A DNA stretch of 52,527 bases, filler included, from Sphacelaria rigidula (taxonomy: Eukaryota), in the NCBI GenBank assembly GCA_964200075.2. It is 3 parts of 3 records of this genome, joined end to end, with 100 filler letters (N's around TTAATTAATTAA, not from the genome) between each part and the next. Parts side by side here need not be neighbours in the genome. Positions count along the whole stretch, not along the records: positions 35,088 to 52,527 come from CAXNAA020001083.1; 2 more parts are not named here. The stretch is one strand, 5' to 3'. The notes under the pieces were generated by a model. The model saw only the letters and a list, made by a program, of their open reading frames with translations, made no database searches and had not been told where the DNA came from. A program made the position numbers and the translations under genes. Below are positions 36,602 through 48,537 of the stretch, one piece after another. The first letter of the stretch is position 1. Every line of letters begins with the position of its first letter.

Positions 36602-38129
36602 AAGGCTGGTTCACGCTAGTCACCCAAAATTGTGTCATGAGCAAATGCCTTTCGCAATACCTACCCAATACTCGCATACATGATATCATGCTGACCGCCA
36701 CAGACAGCTGAAGAGCGTGACATAGCTGGATTTGTGTGTAAGGCCATAGTGGTAGCGCTAAGGGCGGAAAGGTATATCGACCAATCAGCGCCCGTCAAAT
36801 TGTTCCGAGATCGAAATCACGAATTCCAAGCCCAATTTTCGCCCAATCTCCACATGCTTCAACTCATAGTAACCGTCATCTGGTCGGGAATCTAACGAAG
36901 ATGACATATTTTCGAACGGTTACTACCGGGGTCGACTTACACCCGAAACCGTGATGTTTCGGTGATGTGGGGTGTTGGCGTCATCTAATTTCCACCAATG
37001 ATACGCACGAAAGACCCAGGGAGCCTCGTGACGGTGTCCCTTATGTCTGTTGTAGAAAAGCTCAGATCGCCCTCAAACTTGGCAGTTCCGTAGGTATTGG
37101 TCTTCCAAATGGAGAAATTGTATCCTTGACAATAGTTAATGGTTTCTCCGTTCTCTACCGGCTTCCGGGGGTCCCAGTATGAAGACCCCCGGAAGGCGGT
37201 ACGTAATGCTTCAAAGAGAAAATAATAAAATGACGCGTCCCGGGAGAGTCCAAGGAACACATGTACGAAGTTTGGTGGAGAAACTCGAAAACCTCATACA
37301 GTTTTTCTTGCCTTGACGTGAAATTCACCCCATGAGACGTTGCCTTACTAAAACCAAGTGGTTGGGAGTTGCACGTCTCAAGCCCACGTCCTCCACAAAC
37401 GCGCAAACCTTCACGCCGTGAGTAGGAGTTAGACCCTGAAACTTTGCACAAACATGCTATGTATCATTATGCAACTTTCTACGGACGATGTTTTTTCACT
37501 TATTGAGTTTCCCCCGTTTTTCGCGGGTCCGATGGGATCCAAGTCGTGTTTCGAAGTAGTCTCCATTCTGGGACGCCGGAAAACCGGCACTGCGATGTAT
37601 GTATGTATATATATATATTATTTTTTCGCGCACGAGCTGTCGCCACATGACCCAAGGAAGGGTCCCACAAAATTTCGTCGCCAAACTCGATCAACTGATG
37701 CTTGAATTTTCATGTTCACGTCGAAGACGGCCCAAAAACGCCGTGTTCTTACTAAAATCAAGTAATTTCGGTTTGACCGCGGTACGCCAAGGTTTATCGC
37801 ACAAAAGCGAAAAACCTAACGCCGTTCTCAGGAATTAGATCCTGAAATTTTGCATAGCTGTGCTATGGGTCATTAGACAACTGTGGAAGAGCGATTTTTT
37901 TTTTTTCATCGTTTTACGGGTGTACGATTGGATTGATGGTTCCCCCAAAAAATGGGACCCCCGGAAAACGGCGAAAAAAGTCAACGAGCAAAATAAAAAA
38001 CTCGACCTTCGAAAGTTGCGTTATGATCCATGGAACATCTGTGCAAAATTTCAGGGTCTAACTCCTTGAAACGGCGTGAGGTTTTGCCGATGAGTGTTTT
38101 TTGGGTGATGATGAGCGTGGACCGGCTCG
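36602..38129. mobile_element. Tc1/mariner-type non-autonomous element, copy 1 (diverged)
   Basis: Collinear with 48538-50027 over ~1.5 kb; degenerate TIRs. Confidence 0.85.
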
Positions 38130-38886
38130 TTAAAAAAACACGTGGACCAATGCATGTGACATCAATCAGTCACTCGATCTCTCGATCTATCAACATATAA
38201 AGTTGTGACTCGTTCAGTACTTTTTCACGAGTGAACGTCTGATTATAGTCATTATCTATACATCGTTATTCTTACCGGCCGTGAAAGTCCCTTGTACATG
38301 TACATTTTTTCGGCCTCTTGATGCGATCGGGTATGTATGCAATGTACTGGTAATGCGCGATATGCGGTGCATTTTCAAGAAGCGATGCCATTTCCTTGTC
38401 AGCAGCGAAACACTGAAGGCACTCATTGTTCGTGAGTTTTTAGTCGTGCGTCGTTTGAATGTATCGAAAGCCAAGAGTCTCTCATCCGCTGTGATACTCA
38501 AGTGGGTGACTGATGGTGCATATATGACTCGGGTATCGTAGGCTATTTATTTTACGGAGGATAACACCCGAGGCGATCAGAAAGCTTCACCTGTGTCCTC
38601 TGTGTTCTGCTTTGTTCCTGACTTCCTTCTCGTTTTTTGTTTTTTTTTTTTCTTGTCTCTTTTTTCTCTTTTCTCTTTTTTCCCTTCTCCCCCCACCCGC
38701 CCCCCCTTTTTTCGTGCGATATCTATACCTGGAGTCATTCGGCAGGGGATCCCTAGTACCTGCTAGATATTTACCTGGCGTTTTTGTTGCTTTTGATATT
38801 GTTGTCATTATTTTTTTACACGGCCATTTTTATGTGCGCTACTTTTTTGTGCGCGCTCCTACATCTCCCACCACTTACCGCAACAG

Positions 38887-39010
38887 AGGAGGACTTAATC
38901 GAGATGTTCGCATTTGCTTGCGGCTGATCGTCGTTAACCCGATGTACGATACGCGGGAAATAGGCTTCGAGACGGTCAACGAAATCAAGTCTTTCGGCAC
39001 GGCAAACGCG
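38887..39010 (+). CDS. Exon (phase 2-0), GGLNRDVRICLRLIVVNPMYDTREIGFETVNEIKSFGTANA
   Basis: cag acceptor, gtgagt donor, open frame. Confidence 0.7.
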
Positions 39011-39415
39011 GTGAGTTGACTTGAGAGAGACAAAAAGGACGGTGTTGCTCGTTTGGCTGACGTGGTCATCCTTGGCGAATTTCGCAACACTTCAGAGGTG
39101 ATGACTGTGTACCGTAGTTTACTGGATCACCCCCCCCCCCCCCCCCCCCTCCTTCCTTCCCCCTCCCCTGTAACCCGTGATCTCTGGGAGTGACGATACC
39201 CGAGAAGGAAGCATTTCATTGGAGGCTGTCATCCATGTGCAAGATAATTAGTACGCCTCGAGTCAAACTATCTTAGCAGGATGCAGCTCACCCCTCATGC
39301 GACCCGTCGAATATATAACGGCGCTTCGCGCTTGGTGATTGATCACAAGCCTGGTCCGGTGAAAACCCGGCGTGTTCCGTCCCGGCTTTGTAGGGATGCA
39401 AGGTCTGTGGTCAGA

Positions 39416-40302
39416 TGACTACGGCATGCAAGATCATGTGTGCCTGCCCCCCCCCCCCCCTCCTCCGGTCAAGGGGGACAGGGGTAGTGTATGGAAACAA
39501 CGTGATGAGCACCGAAATGCTAGAGGTGTCTCTATTAAGAGTAGGAACGGTGCTCCGTCTCGAAATGGATGCATGTTCAATGGTCAAATGACCAAGGCAA
39601 GCAACAAATGAGTACACCCCCCTTCGGTTGATGATTTTTTTGGGACCTGAAACATTGTGGGTTCGACTTGATCATTGTTTACCTGGGCAGGGGGGGGTGC
39701 GTACTCATTTGTTGATTGCCTTAGTCGTTTGACCATTGACCACGCATCCCTTTCGAGATGGAGCACCGTTCCTACTCCTCATACAGACACCTCCAGCAGT
39801 CGGGCACTCATTACGTTGTTTCGTCCATACATTCCCCCATCTCACGGGGGGGGTGATGTATAACATACTCCGATACATACCAGTCACCGTGTACCGTATG
39901 CGTGCGGTAAATGGCACCCGGGGGGTCTTGAGTTTTCGGGTCTAAAATTTATCGCTCGGGGTATTATTTTTTCTTTAGGGGTGAGTGGGGGAGTGATCTA
40001 GAACATACCCCGGTACAGTACCGTACGTATCAGGCATAATTTATGGTAGGTTTACTGTATATACGGCCGCCCCCAAATGATGCCTTTTTGGAATCTGAAG
40101 AGTTGTTGCTCAGGCTTTTGGGGGGGAGGGAAGGAACTTTTACGTACCCCTGTACACTATTTCAGGTACCAGTCATTATGTACTCCAGGTAAACTGTATA
40201 TACCACCCCCCGGATGACAATATTCTGGGACCTGAAAAGTTATCGCTTTTTCTTGGGGAAGGGGGGAGGGGGGTGTACTCATGATCATGCATGCCGTAGT
40301 TA
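39416..40302. mobile_element. Non-autonomous TIR element (TGACTACGGCATG termini) with an internal inverted repeat
   Basis: ~35-bp imperfect TIR; flanks TCAGA/TGAGA; internal arms at ~39500-39620 and ~39695-39820. Confidence 0.7.
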
Positions 40303-40449
40303 TGAGATCATGGAGGGAAGGGGGGGAGAGGGGGAGAGGGGGTTGATGAAATACGCACCATGATGGGATAAGAAATAGTCGATTTTTTTTTTAACCCAGA
40401 GGTTGATGTGACCGCACTGTCGCTCGCTTGGCTCCTTTGTTCTGCGCAG

Positions 40450-40551
40450 CTCCTGTTGGATGTATCGCCACTCATGGAGGTGCCAAGCCAGAGGATGTTT
40501 TGTCTGGCCGTCCCGAAAACGCTCGACGAGGATCCGGAGCGAGTGTTCAAG
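40450..40551 (+). CDS. Exon (phase 0-0), LLLDVSPLMEVPSQRMFCLAVPKTLDEDPERVFK
   Basis: Pyrimidine tract plus cag, AAG|gtatgt donor. Confidence 0.72.
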
Positions 40552-40929
40552 GTATGTGTGTTAATACACCTTTCACGTTGGTACACGCCTTGAGTTTTAA
40601 TATCGCGGATTGGATGATGATGACCACTACCGCACCGCGTCGAATATCGTCGAACAAACTCAATCCAGCCCTCTTCTTGTTGCTCAGATCCTCACGCTTT
40701 CAAAGACCGAAAGTCAGATACTATACTGGATACATTTATTGAACAAAAAAATCCAAATGTATTTGGCGGCAATTGGACCCACTTTTTTTTCTTCAATTAT
40801 TTTTGCTTTTCCAGGAGACAGGTAGGAACCTCTACCGTGCACTTCGCTATTTCTAGTTTCGCTTGGCGCTTTCGAGTGCGCTCCACCTCGCCGTCGCTTC
40901 AATATCAGCCCTAGGACCACTGCGTCATT

Positions 40930-41490
40930 AGCCCCTTTGAGACCGGGCCTCCAGAGCGACCAATGAGGCTGCGTAGCAATGACGTACCGGGCGTCTGCAC
41001 GAAACAGTGGCTTCATGTTGCTGAAAATCTTCGTATGTAACCGCAAGGTTATGAGGAAGACCGAAAGTTTCATCCAATCTGCTATTTTCAGGTGCAGGGT
41101 GCGCATTGGGTAATGTACGTCTGATGTAGCAAGCAGTATGGGTCGCCGTAGAGAGCTTTCAACAGGATGTGGCGACCGCCCGCCACTTGTGGCTTTGGAT
41201 AATGTTTTGTCCCCATCACCTTGCCACACAGCCCTTTGTGGTCGGGGTGGGCCGCGATTTCCCTGTTTGTTGCAAGCGACAAATTATCTTCAAAGGGTGT
41301 GGGCGTTGTGGCGCATATAGATACGGTACAGTACAGCGCCTGTCCGACTGCAGCAGCAGCTGCCGTTGCGTACTCCCTTGCACATTCTGGGCAGTTCCCA
41401 GCTACCGAGATCAACTGCCTATATACCGCTTCTTCATCCCTGCCCACTACATACATGTTCACAGTGTTTTGCAAGGCATCAGCAGAGGAA
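40930..41490 (-). mobile_element. hAT internal fragment homologous to ~7310-7920
   Basis: Clear inverted homology (e.g. VNMYVVG.DEEAVYRQLISVAGNCP in both copies). Confidence 0.8.
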
Positions 41491-41985
41491 TAGGCGGAAT
41501 TCACGACGATAGCTTCTGTCCTTCCACGGCCCAGCTGGGTTTAGTGCCTCGTGAAAATGACCACATTGTGGCATGTACACTCTTTCCCGGTTTTCCCCCG
41601 TCCACCCTGTGTTATGGTAATTACTACATGGTAGTATAGGCTGTCGACCCAAAAAAACATCCGGGAAATCCCGGGAGCGCTATACTTACTGCAAGTAATA
41701 CGAGAAACCGTTCCCCGAGCATCCGGGATTTGCATATCTGGGAAGGCTTATCTGGGCCAGGAACAGGGCCCCTACACGATCTTGGCAGTGACATCAAACT
41801 CGGGAACAATCCCCGCGCTGGTCGTTCGGATCTGGCCGATAAATTTCGCCTCGCCGTGATTAGGCAGGTCGCTCCCTGGCTTTTTTCTAATAATTCCACG
41901 AACACATTGTCAACCCGGTGTTGGTGGAGGGTCGACCCTAAAGGGTGAAGACGGTCCGACCTGATGGTGTCAGTTGTATCATTGG

Positions 41986-42151
41986 ACCCCGGGGACACTA
42001 CACGGTCAATATATGCAATAGACAAATGTACTGGGTAAAGTATTGGACTATTGCAACTATTGTCGCTCGACCAGAGTTGCAATAGGCCTATATTCTACCC
42101 AGTACATTTTGTGTCTATAACGCATCCGTTGACCATAGAGTGTCCAGGGTG
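41986..42151. repeat. Short foldback/MITE
   Basis: Imperfect palindrome over nearly its whole length (ATGTACTGGGTA / TACCCAGTACAT). Confidence 0.7.
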
Positions 42152-42182
42152 TTCACGTTTATGCACCCGTCTTGCAGTTGGT

Positions 42183-42446
42183 CACACGTCGGACATCTCA
42201 TGAGCTACCTCACAACGAATAATCGAAGGGGACTGTCAGATCCCTTATCCCAAAACAAAAAATACGTGATAGTTGGGTACGAGAAGCCAAATCGCTTACC
42301 TTTACGCTACTACGCGTGCCCGGTGTCCAGCACTGCAGGGAGAAAATATGTAACATGGGGGTCATATGAGCTAGCTCATGATCCGTATCAGTACATCATT
42401 AAAAAGTAATATTGAGGTAGTTAGCTCATGAGGTGTCCGACGTGTG
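42183..42446. mobile_element. MITE with CACACGTCGGACA TIR
   Basis: TIR plus ATGAGCTA motifs; related copy at 48120-48391. Confidence 0.7.
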
Positions 42447-42869
42447 CATCCAATGTTTTTATTGAGCATTGGATGATGACCATACTCGCAGGCCGTCGAC
42501 TGCCATCGATTCATGTTCAATTTTACGCCAACTTTCGTCCTTGTCACGTTTTCAGAAGACCAAATTGTTGATACTGTTGGGGCGCGGTGGAGACGAGTAC
42601 CGATGTTTCGGAATGGGTGGACATTGCGTCGGTCATTTGGGTACAGTAAAAAACACATTGCACTCGAGACCTTCTTGGATGGACTCCTTTCGGAACTGAA
42701 AATGTCGAAAAAGCAAACTCGAAATTTAGTGTTTAGTGTTTCTGTGATCGAGTCCCTTCCCCCCGCCCACCCCCAATAGAAGAAAAAACTCGAAGTACTT
42801 GACTTGTAGATTATAGCACATGTAAATTACGTGGTTCTTGTTGTTCATGATCTCTCTATTGTTCACTAG

Positions 42870-42961
42870 GATCCGTTAATTCAGCAGTATTACAGCCGAG
42901 TCAGAAGATCCTGCTACGTGCTGGACGGCATTCCGGACTGGGCTGACCTCGGACCTTACTG
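42870..42961 (+). CDS. Exon, DPLIQQYYSRVRRSCYVLDGIPDWADLGPY (alternative donor possible at 43019)
   Basis: tag acceptor after a pyrimidine tract; TG|gtatga donor; phase 0 start matches the previous exon. Confidence 0.65.
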
Positions 42962-44061
42962 GTATGAGGGTGCTCTGAGGCGCAGCGTTAGCTTTTTCTT
43001 CAGGAAGCGGCTGAAAGCGGTGGGTTCCCAGCGATGGTAGAAGATTTGTTAAGATGTACCTGTTTCGATCACGGTCTGAGCCTACATGGACAGACTCGTG
43101 ATGTAGTCTGAAGCTATTGTCATTGTCGATATGATATTGCGCAGAGAGAAGTCGACTCATCGAGTGTACGCGGTTGTTGGATCGGCTGTGTTCAACCGAC
43201 TTCTCGGGTGATGTATGGGGGAAGATATGAAAGCTCCCTCTCCGTATGATGGTTGATCATGGTGTATACTAGCTTCTGCAATAATTCCCCCATACGCTGC
43301 AATTGCGAGGTCAAGACTGACTATGGCATGCATGATCATGAGTACACCATACGCTGCAATTGTGTGTACAGGGTAGTGTCACAAGGGTGGTGCTGCTATG
43401 GAATATGGCACAAGAAGTGTGTATTGAGCAATTGCATCGTAACACGTGCTCATACCCTCGTATACCCGGGTATACCCAAAATATAGTGGCCAAAATAGCA
43501 GAGCTGCAATCTGTTTCCACACCTTATTCATTTTCGTTCGGATATGGGTGTCTGTGTGTGCTTTTGCGCAAGATCGTTTCTACGGAAAGCCATTGCGCAG
43601 AGGCCGGCCGGCCATTTCTTGCTTTTGTTTTTTTGTCGCTGTTTCGGTCACCCTTTTTTTTCAGTCTACTGTTTGTCTGTTTTACCCTTTGATTTTTTCT
43701 TCATTTTTCTTTCGGCGAGTATTTCCGGTTTGTTTACCTCGGGTGCCACCTCTATCCTGTGGATAATGACCATGGCTGAGTCCCTCTTGTGGATAATGAT
43801 CAGTCAATGTGCAACAATCACACCCATCAATTCATATGATTCAGCTGCCGCCAGGTCAGTCGGCACTGTAGTGTAGATATCTGTCTCACGTATTGTAATT
43901 ATAATTAGCACGCAAGTGGTTTTAGAGCGATTGCACAGCAATCGATGCACATGTTCCGCCTGAGTGATGGAACACAGCGCAAAATGAAAAGTCCGGTCGC
44001 TGGCAGTATTGAGGTCACTACTGGTGTCCGTCACCTCACATGTTTCTCCAGGCTTAGCTCG

Positions 44062-44120
44062 AGTGTGTGTGTGCGTGTGTGTGTGCGTGTGTGTGCGCGC
44101 GTGTGTGCGCGCGTGTGTGT
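44062..44120. repeat. (GT)/(GC) microsatellite
   Basis: Directly visible. Confidence 0.9.
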
Positions 44121-44130
44121 CATTCGATAG

Positions 44131-44277
44131 TGGCGGTTGGCGAAACAGTCTTATGCGCAGCCCTGCCTGGCTTCCCTTGCTACGGTCGAACGGCGACATG
44201 GAAAAGTGCAAGGAATGGCAGGAGGCTCTAACCGCGGACAGCCAGGCGCATTTCAGCGAGACTTGTAGAACGTCGAT
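44131..44277 (+). CDS. Candidate exon (phase 2-2), GGWRNSLMRSPAWLPLLRSNGDMEKCKEWQEALTADSQAHFSETCRTS
   Basis: tag acceptor, gtaagg donor, 147 nt open; reading frame is not certain. Confidence 0.5.
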
Positions 44278-44321
44278 GTAAGGCGGGTTCTTATTGGAGA
44301 CGATTGCCCCCGATAAAAACT

Positions 44322-44469
44322 ATAAGAACCCACCTTACATCGACGTTCTTCAGGTCTCGTTCGAGATGCACTTGCTTTGTCCGTGGCTATAAGATGGCTT
44401 TCCACTCCTTGGATTTTTCCTTGCCGTCTTTCCGCCTTGGCGAGGGAAGCCAGGCAGGGCTGTGCGTAA
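44322..44469 (-). repeat. Inverted, diverged duplicate of 44150-44294
   Basis: CAGCCCTGCCTGGCTTCCCT and AGAACGTCGATGTAAGG are shared in opposite orientation; ~27-nt spacer. Confidence 0.85.
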
Positions 44470-44718
44470 AATGTGGGGTTTCTCGAACTCAGGTGCAACC
44501 CTGGAGGAAGCATGCCCCAGGGTATATACACCGCCGTAAAGATAGCGCCCAAACAGATGGGTGGGATAACGGACTGCACATTTCGTGATTTTTCGTCGTA
44601 ATCCGTTGAAGCTCCATCATTTGTATTCCTTAACCAACACATGAAGCGAAGATAGTACCAATCTATGTCCTCTGGCAAATCAGCTGTTGATGTGCACTCC
44701 TCCAGTGGGCGTCTTATG

Positions 44719-46014
44719 TAGAGTTCGGCATTGGGTCTGAAAATTGCCCCAATAGGATATAGATATATTGGGTAAACAATTCTCGCATATATCTGTAATC
44801 TCGCATAAGAAGTATCGTATCCGGATATTTGGACTATCCTATGCGTATCCGAGATCGCACCCGATATCCCTCCAGGTATATATCTCTGAATATAGGGACG
44901 AGTCGCGAAGATTTTACAGATTTACTCCAAGGGTGTGGTATGCTTGCGTTATGTATGTGTGTGTAATCAGGAGACATGGAATTTTCGGACACCTAGGCCC
45001 CCCTCCCCCCTCCCCCCCCGGGGGGACATTTTTCGAAAAAGGTCATGACTTTTTTTTCTCGTAATTTTTGTCCCAAAAAAATGATCAATTGACGCTGACA
45101 AAAACCCGAAAGTCCGGTGGGCTTTGCGGGTGTATGCATTTACGTATGTTCCTTGCCCGCTCTGTCCCGAAAGGATCTCTGTCCACGGTAGCTGACCGCA
45201 TCCGACAATGCTTCGGCAATAAACCAGGGGATAGACGGCTGGGTGTTCCCCCCCCCCCCATCAAAAACTCAAACTTTCGATCTTGTGGCCTAGATGTCCA
45301 AAATTTGTTTTTACGCTGCCCCCTCGTGTAACGAGTAACGAGTTTAGTGTCTCACCAGTGAGCTGCATACACTTATGCACGTGGCAGGCATACTGCACAG
45401 AGGCAGACACGACAGTACTAGAGGGACGACGCGTCCAAACGCTGAAACTCTAAGAAGCAGAGCAAACAAGCAGAAATAAGACACGCCTTCAAGTGGCGGT
45501 AGTTGGTGTTGTCATGTTTTTTTTTCTGTTACTATGTTAGTGACATTACTTTGCTGTCCAGATGAAGTGCTGTTGGCTGGGGGTGTCGACCGGGAGTTGC
45601 TCGTCGAACATGTGTGGTGTGTGGTGTGTGGTGTGTAGTGTGTAGTGTGCAGTGGTTGTTTTTTGTGTGTACGGGTGTGGTGCGGCGACACCCCTGTTAC
45701 ATGCGCGCCAAGGACCTGTAGCCTGGAGACGGCATAATTTAAGGCTGATTCTGGTATTTAAGAAGACATATCGCGTGATATCCGCGTCCATATCCCACAT
45801 ATATTGGGTATATTTGGGCAAGATAAATCATATCTGGAATATCTATGCGAGAATATGCGGATATATTGGGTAATTTTGGAGGATATTTTCTCGCATAAGA
45901 TTGGCCAAAAAATCTTCAAGTTGGGGCGAAAAACACACGCTTAGAAAATATAAATATCCTATGCGTATTGGGGGCAATATATATTTTCGACCCCATACCC
46001 AATACTGAACTCTA
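44719..46014. mobile_element. Non-autonomous hAT element
   Basis: TIR TAGAGTTC(G/A)G(C/T)ATTGGGT; perfect 8-bp TSD GTCTTATG (44711-44718, 46015-46022); GATAT-rich subterminal regions. Confidence 0.88.
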
Positions 46015-46066
46015 GTCTTATGGTCTGCGCTACATGTTTTCATATTGAAGCGCGCACCATTTGACC

Positions 46067-46506
46067 GCGGTCGCAGCACGGCCTCCGATGACACAACCCT
46101 GCTAGAGAGAAACTCGCGAAATACCTCGATTAGAAATGGAATCAGAATGCTGCCTTTTATGCGTTAGCAATATTCTCGACTGCGCACAGCCGTTATATCC
46201 CAACCGACCGAGTCGTCGGCAAAATGCGGCGAAACCGGACCCACTGAATCTACTATGTCTGAGTGTGCGTCATGAACATGCGCCGTTGCTCAGACCCGCG
46301 GCCATTACCCGCGTTCATTGTAGATTCAGCGGGCCCGGTTTCGCCGCATTTTGCCGACGACTCGGTCGGTTGGGATGTAACGGCTGTGCGCGGTCGAGAA
46401 TATTGCCAACGCATAAAAGGCAGCATTTTGATTCCATTTTTAATCGAGGTATTTCGCGAGTTTCTCTCCAGGAGGGTTGTGTCATCGGAAACCGTGCAGC
46501 GACTGC
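46067..46506. repeat. Long inverted repeat (~190-bp arms, ~58-bp spacer), foldback or MULE-like
   Basis: Arms 46067-46257 and 46316-46506 are highly similar reverse complements. Confidence 0.9.
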
Positions 46507-46880
46507 ACCGGCATCTCTGGTCTTTTTCCGGGCCTGGATTCAACGAAGCCTACGTTCGATGACAACTGATTACAAGACAGTACGGAGTTCTCTCGTCGAG
46601 AGTTTGGGCCATCTCCTTGAAATTTGCTCGGGCTGCTTAGTAGTCATCGGAACGAAGCTTTCAAGGCGCCAACCCCACCCCCCCTCGAGTGTTCGAGTCA
46701 GGCGAGGTCAGATTGTGTTGTTTCCGGGCATAGTTATGTACGGTCTGTCGGAAATATTCGTAACAGTGCGAATATATAGTGTCAAGTATTGCACACCCTG
46801 GATAATGACAACAGACTACATTGTCAAAAATTGTACTGCGTGCAGTATGGAACCCATTGTCTATTGCGAGAGACGCAATA

Positions 46881-47795
46881 TAGTAGTTTTCATCTGAAAT
46901 AGGAGATTTTTGTAATTTTTCGTAGTCGGCGATTTTCAATGTTTTTTTTTGCGTGCCACCGCTCATCCCAGCGAGCGGTTGATCCCCCGACTTTTGGAAG
47001 TCGGGAGATAATAGGCATCCGCTCCATATTCCGAAACAAAAATCGTCTCAGCGCTCAATACTGAACGACTTCACAGCTGAATTGATAGGGGGTGTTATTG
47101 ACCGTTTTCGGTCCGCCGATACTTATTCCTTTTCGGCTCTAGCGCAATCAATAGATGAAAAGAAAAAGAAAAAGGGTCACCAAATATTTCATGAGGGGGA
47201 TTGAAATTGGTTCACCCCCGCCTGTGCTATGCAGAGCTCGGTTTGGCAATTTGCGTTTTGGATACTTTTCTGAATTTTCTCGCGTAGTATCCGTCGTTGG
47301 TGCTTAAAAGCCCTAGCGTCGATAGGTGTTGGGAAGAGAAGTAGGTCGTGCTCAGAGCACAGTCCTCCATTGGTGTCGCCGGGGTGACAAAGAGTAAGCA
47401 CTTTGTTCATCAGGGGGTGTTATCGACCGTCAGTGGTAAAAAAAACACAGTTTTCCGGCTCTAGCGCAATAAATAGGTGAAAATTATAAAAATCAATCCT
47501 TTTCATTTGTTCACTAAAAATTATTGGGATTGCTTCAATCGAGCAGACATACTCAAGGGCCAGAACCTCGGTTTGGGTATTCTCAAGTCCCCCAAAAATC
47601 GGTCAGCCCGTAAGTGGTTCAGTAATGAGCTCAGATGTGATTTTAATATTATTTTGGAACGTAGGGGGGGGTGCCTAGTATCTCCCGATCTACAAACTCT
47701 GGGATCGCGGTGTCGCGCGAAAACACTTATGAATATCCCTGACTACGAAAAAAGTAAGAAAATCTCCTACTCCGTGTTTCAGATGTAAACTACTG
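46881..47795. mobile_element. Probable Tc1/mariner (pogo-like) non-autonomous element
   Basis: TIR AGTAGTTT(T/A)CATCTGAAA...GGAGATTT; TA on the left flank. Confidence 0.7.
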
Positions 47796-48119
47796 TTGTC
47801 GATACTGTGTCCGCGGTACACTTTTTTTTGACGATATAAGCTATTGTCCCGGGTGTCAAGTACTGTATTGTGACAGGTGTTTTCTCTACGTAGCACCAGC
47901 AGGCAGGCCTGAGAGGGTGAAGTCAGACATGGTTTGTGCATCTTTCAACAGTACAGATCGACGTCTATCATGAGACCACGGATGGACCCCTGAGGGATCA
48001 CTTAAAGTGCGACAATCAATCAATCACTCGAATTAATCAGATCGTCTGTTGGGATTGTTGAAAGTACCGTTAGACCACCGCATAGAAGACGGTAGTAGAT
48101 ATACATTTTGACCATTTTG

Positions 48120-48391
48120 CACAGGTTGCTAGCTCATGAGCTACAGAAGATAAGTAGTCGAGGGAAACTCTACTCGTAAGATCCCTCGTCGAAAAACACG
48201 AAATACGTGGCAGCAGGGTCCAAGAAGCTGAAGTTCCACCTTTGCGCCAGCCACTCTGCGAGCTCGGCGTCCAGCGCTGCAGGGAACAAATTTGGAAAAA
48301 AAGGGTCCATATGAGCTAGGTCATGATCCGGATCAGTACACCGATAATAAGTGATGTTGAGGTAGCCAGCTCATGAGCTGTCCAACGTGTG
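48120..48391. mobile_element. MITE, same family as 42183-42446
   Basis: Shared right end (GAGGTAG..AGCTCATGAG.TGTCC.ACGTGTG) and a degenerate left TIR. Confidence 0.65.
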
Positions 48392-48537
48392 CAGTTTTGG
48401 GATAATAAAACAGTCGAAAAGGGCTGAACCGCGAACAGGCTTGATTTTCGTGAAAAGCTTGCAAGGGCAGGTCGAGTAGAGTATACTCAATCGCGGTGTA
48501 TTTTGAAAGACGTACTCGGGGCATTCAAATTTGGGTA

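Noticed and set aside
45561-45610. Exon-like segment DEVLLAGGVDRELLVEH
   Set aside because: Lies inside a hAT element and its phase does not match the preceding exon.
46136-46897. 253-aa ORF
   Set aside because: Arises from a long inverted repeat; no recognisable protein features.
48125-48179. Possible terminal exon (MLLAHELQKISSRGKLYS*) for the contig 3 gene
   Set aside because: Phase fits, but it coincides with the left TIR of the MITE family also seen at 42183-42446.
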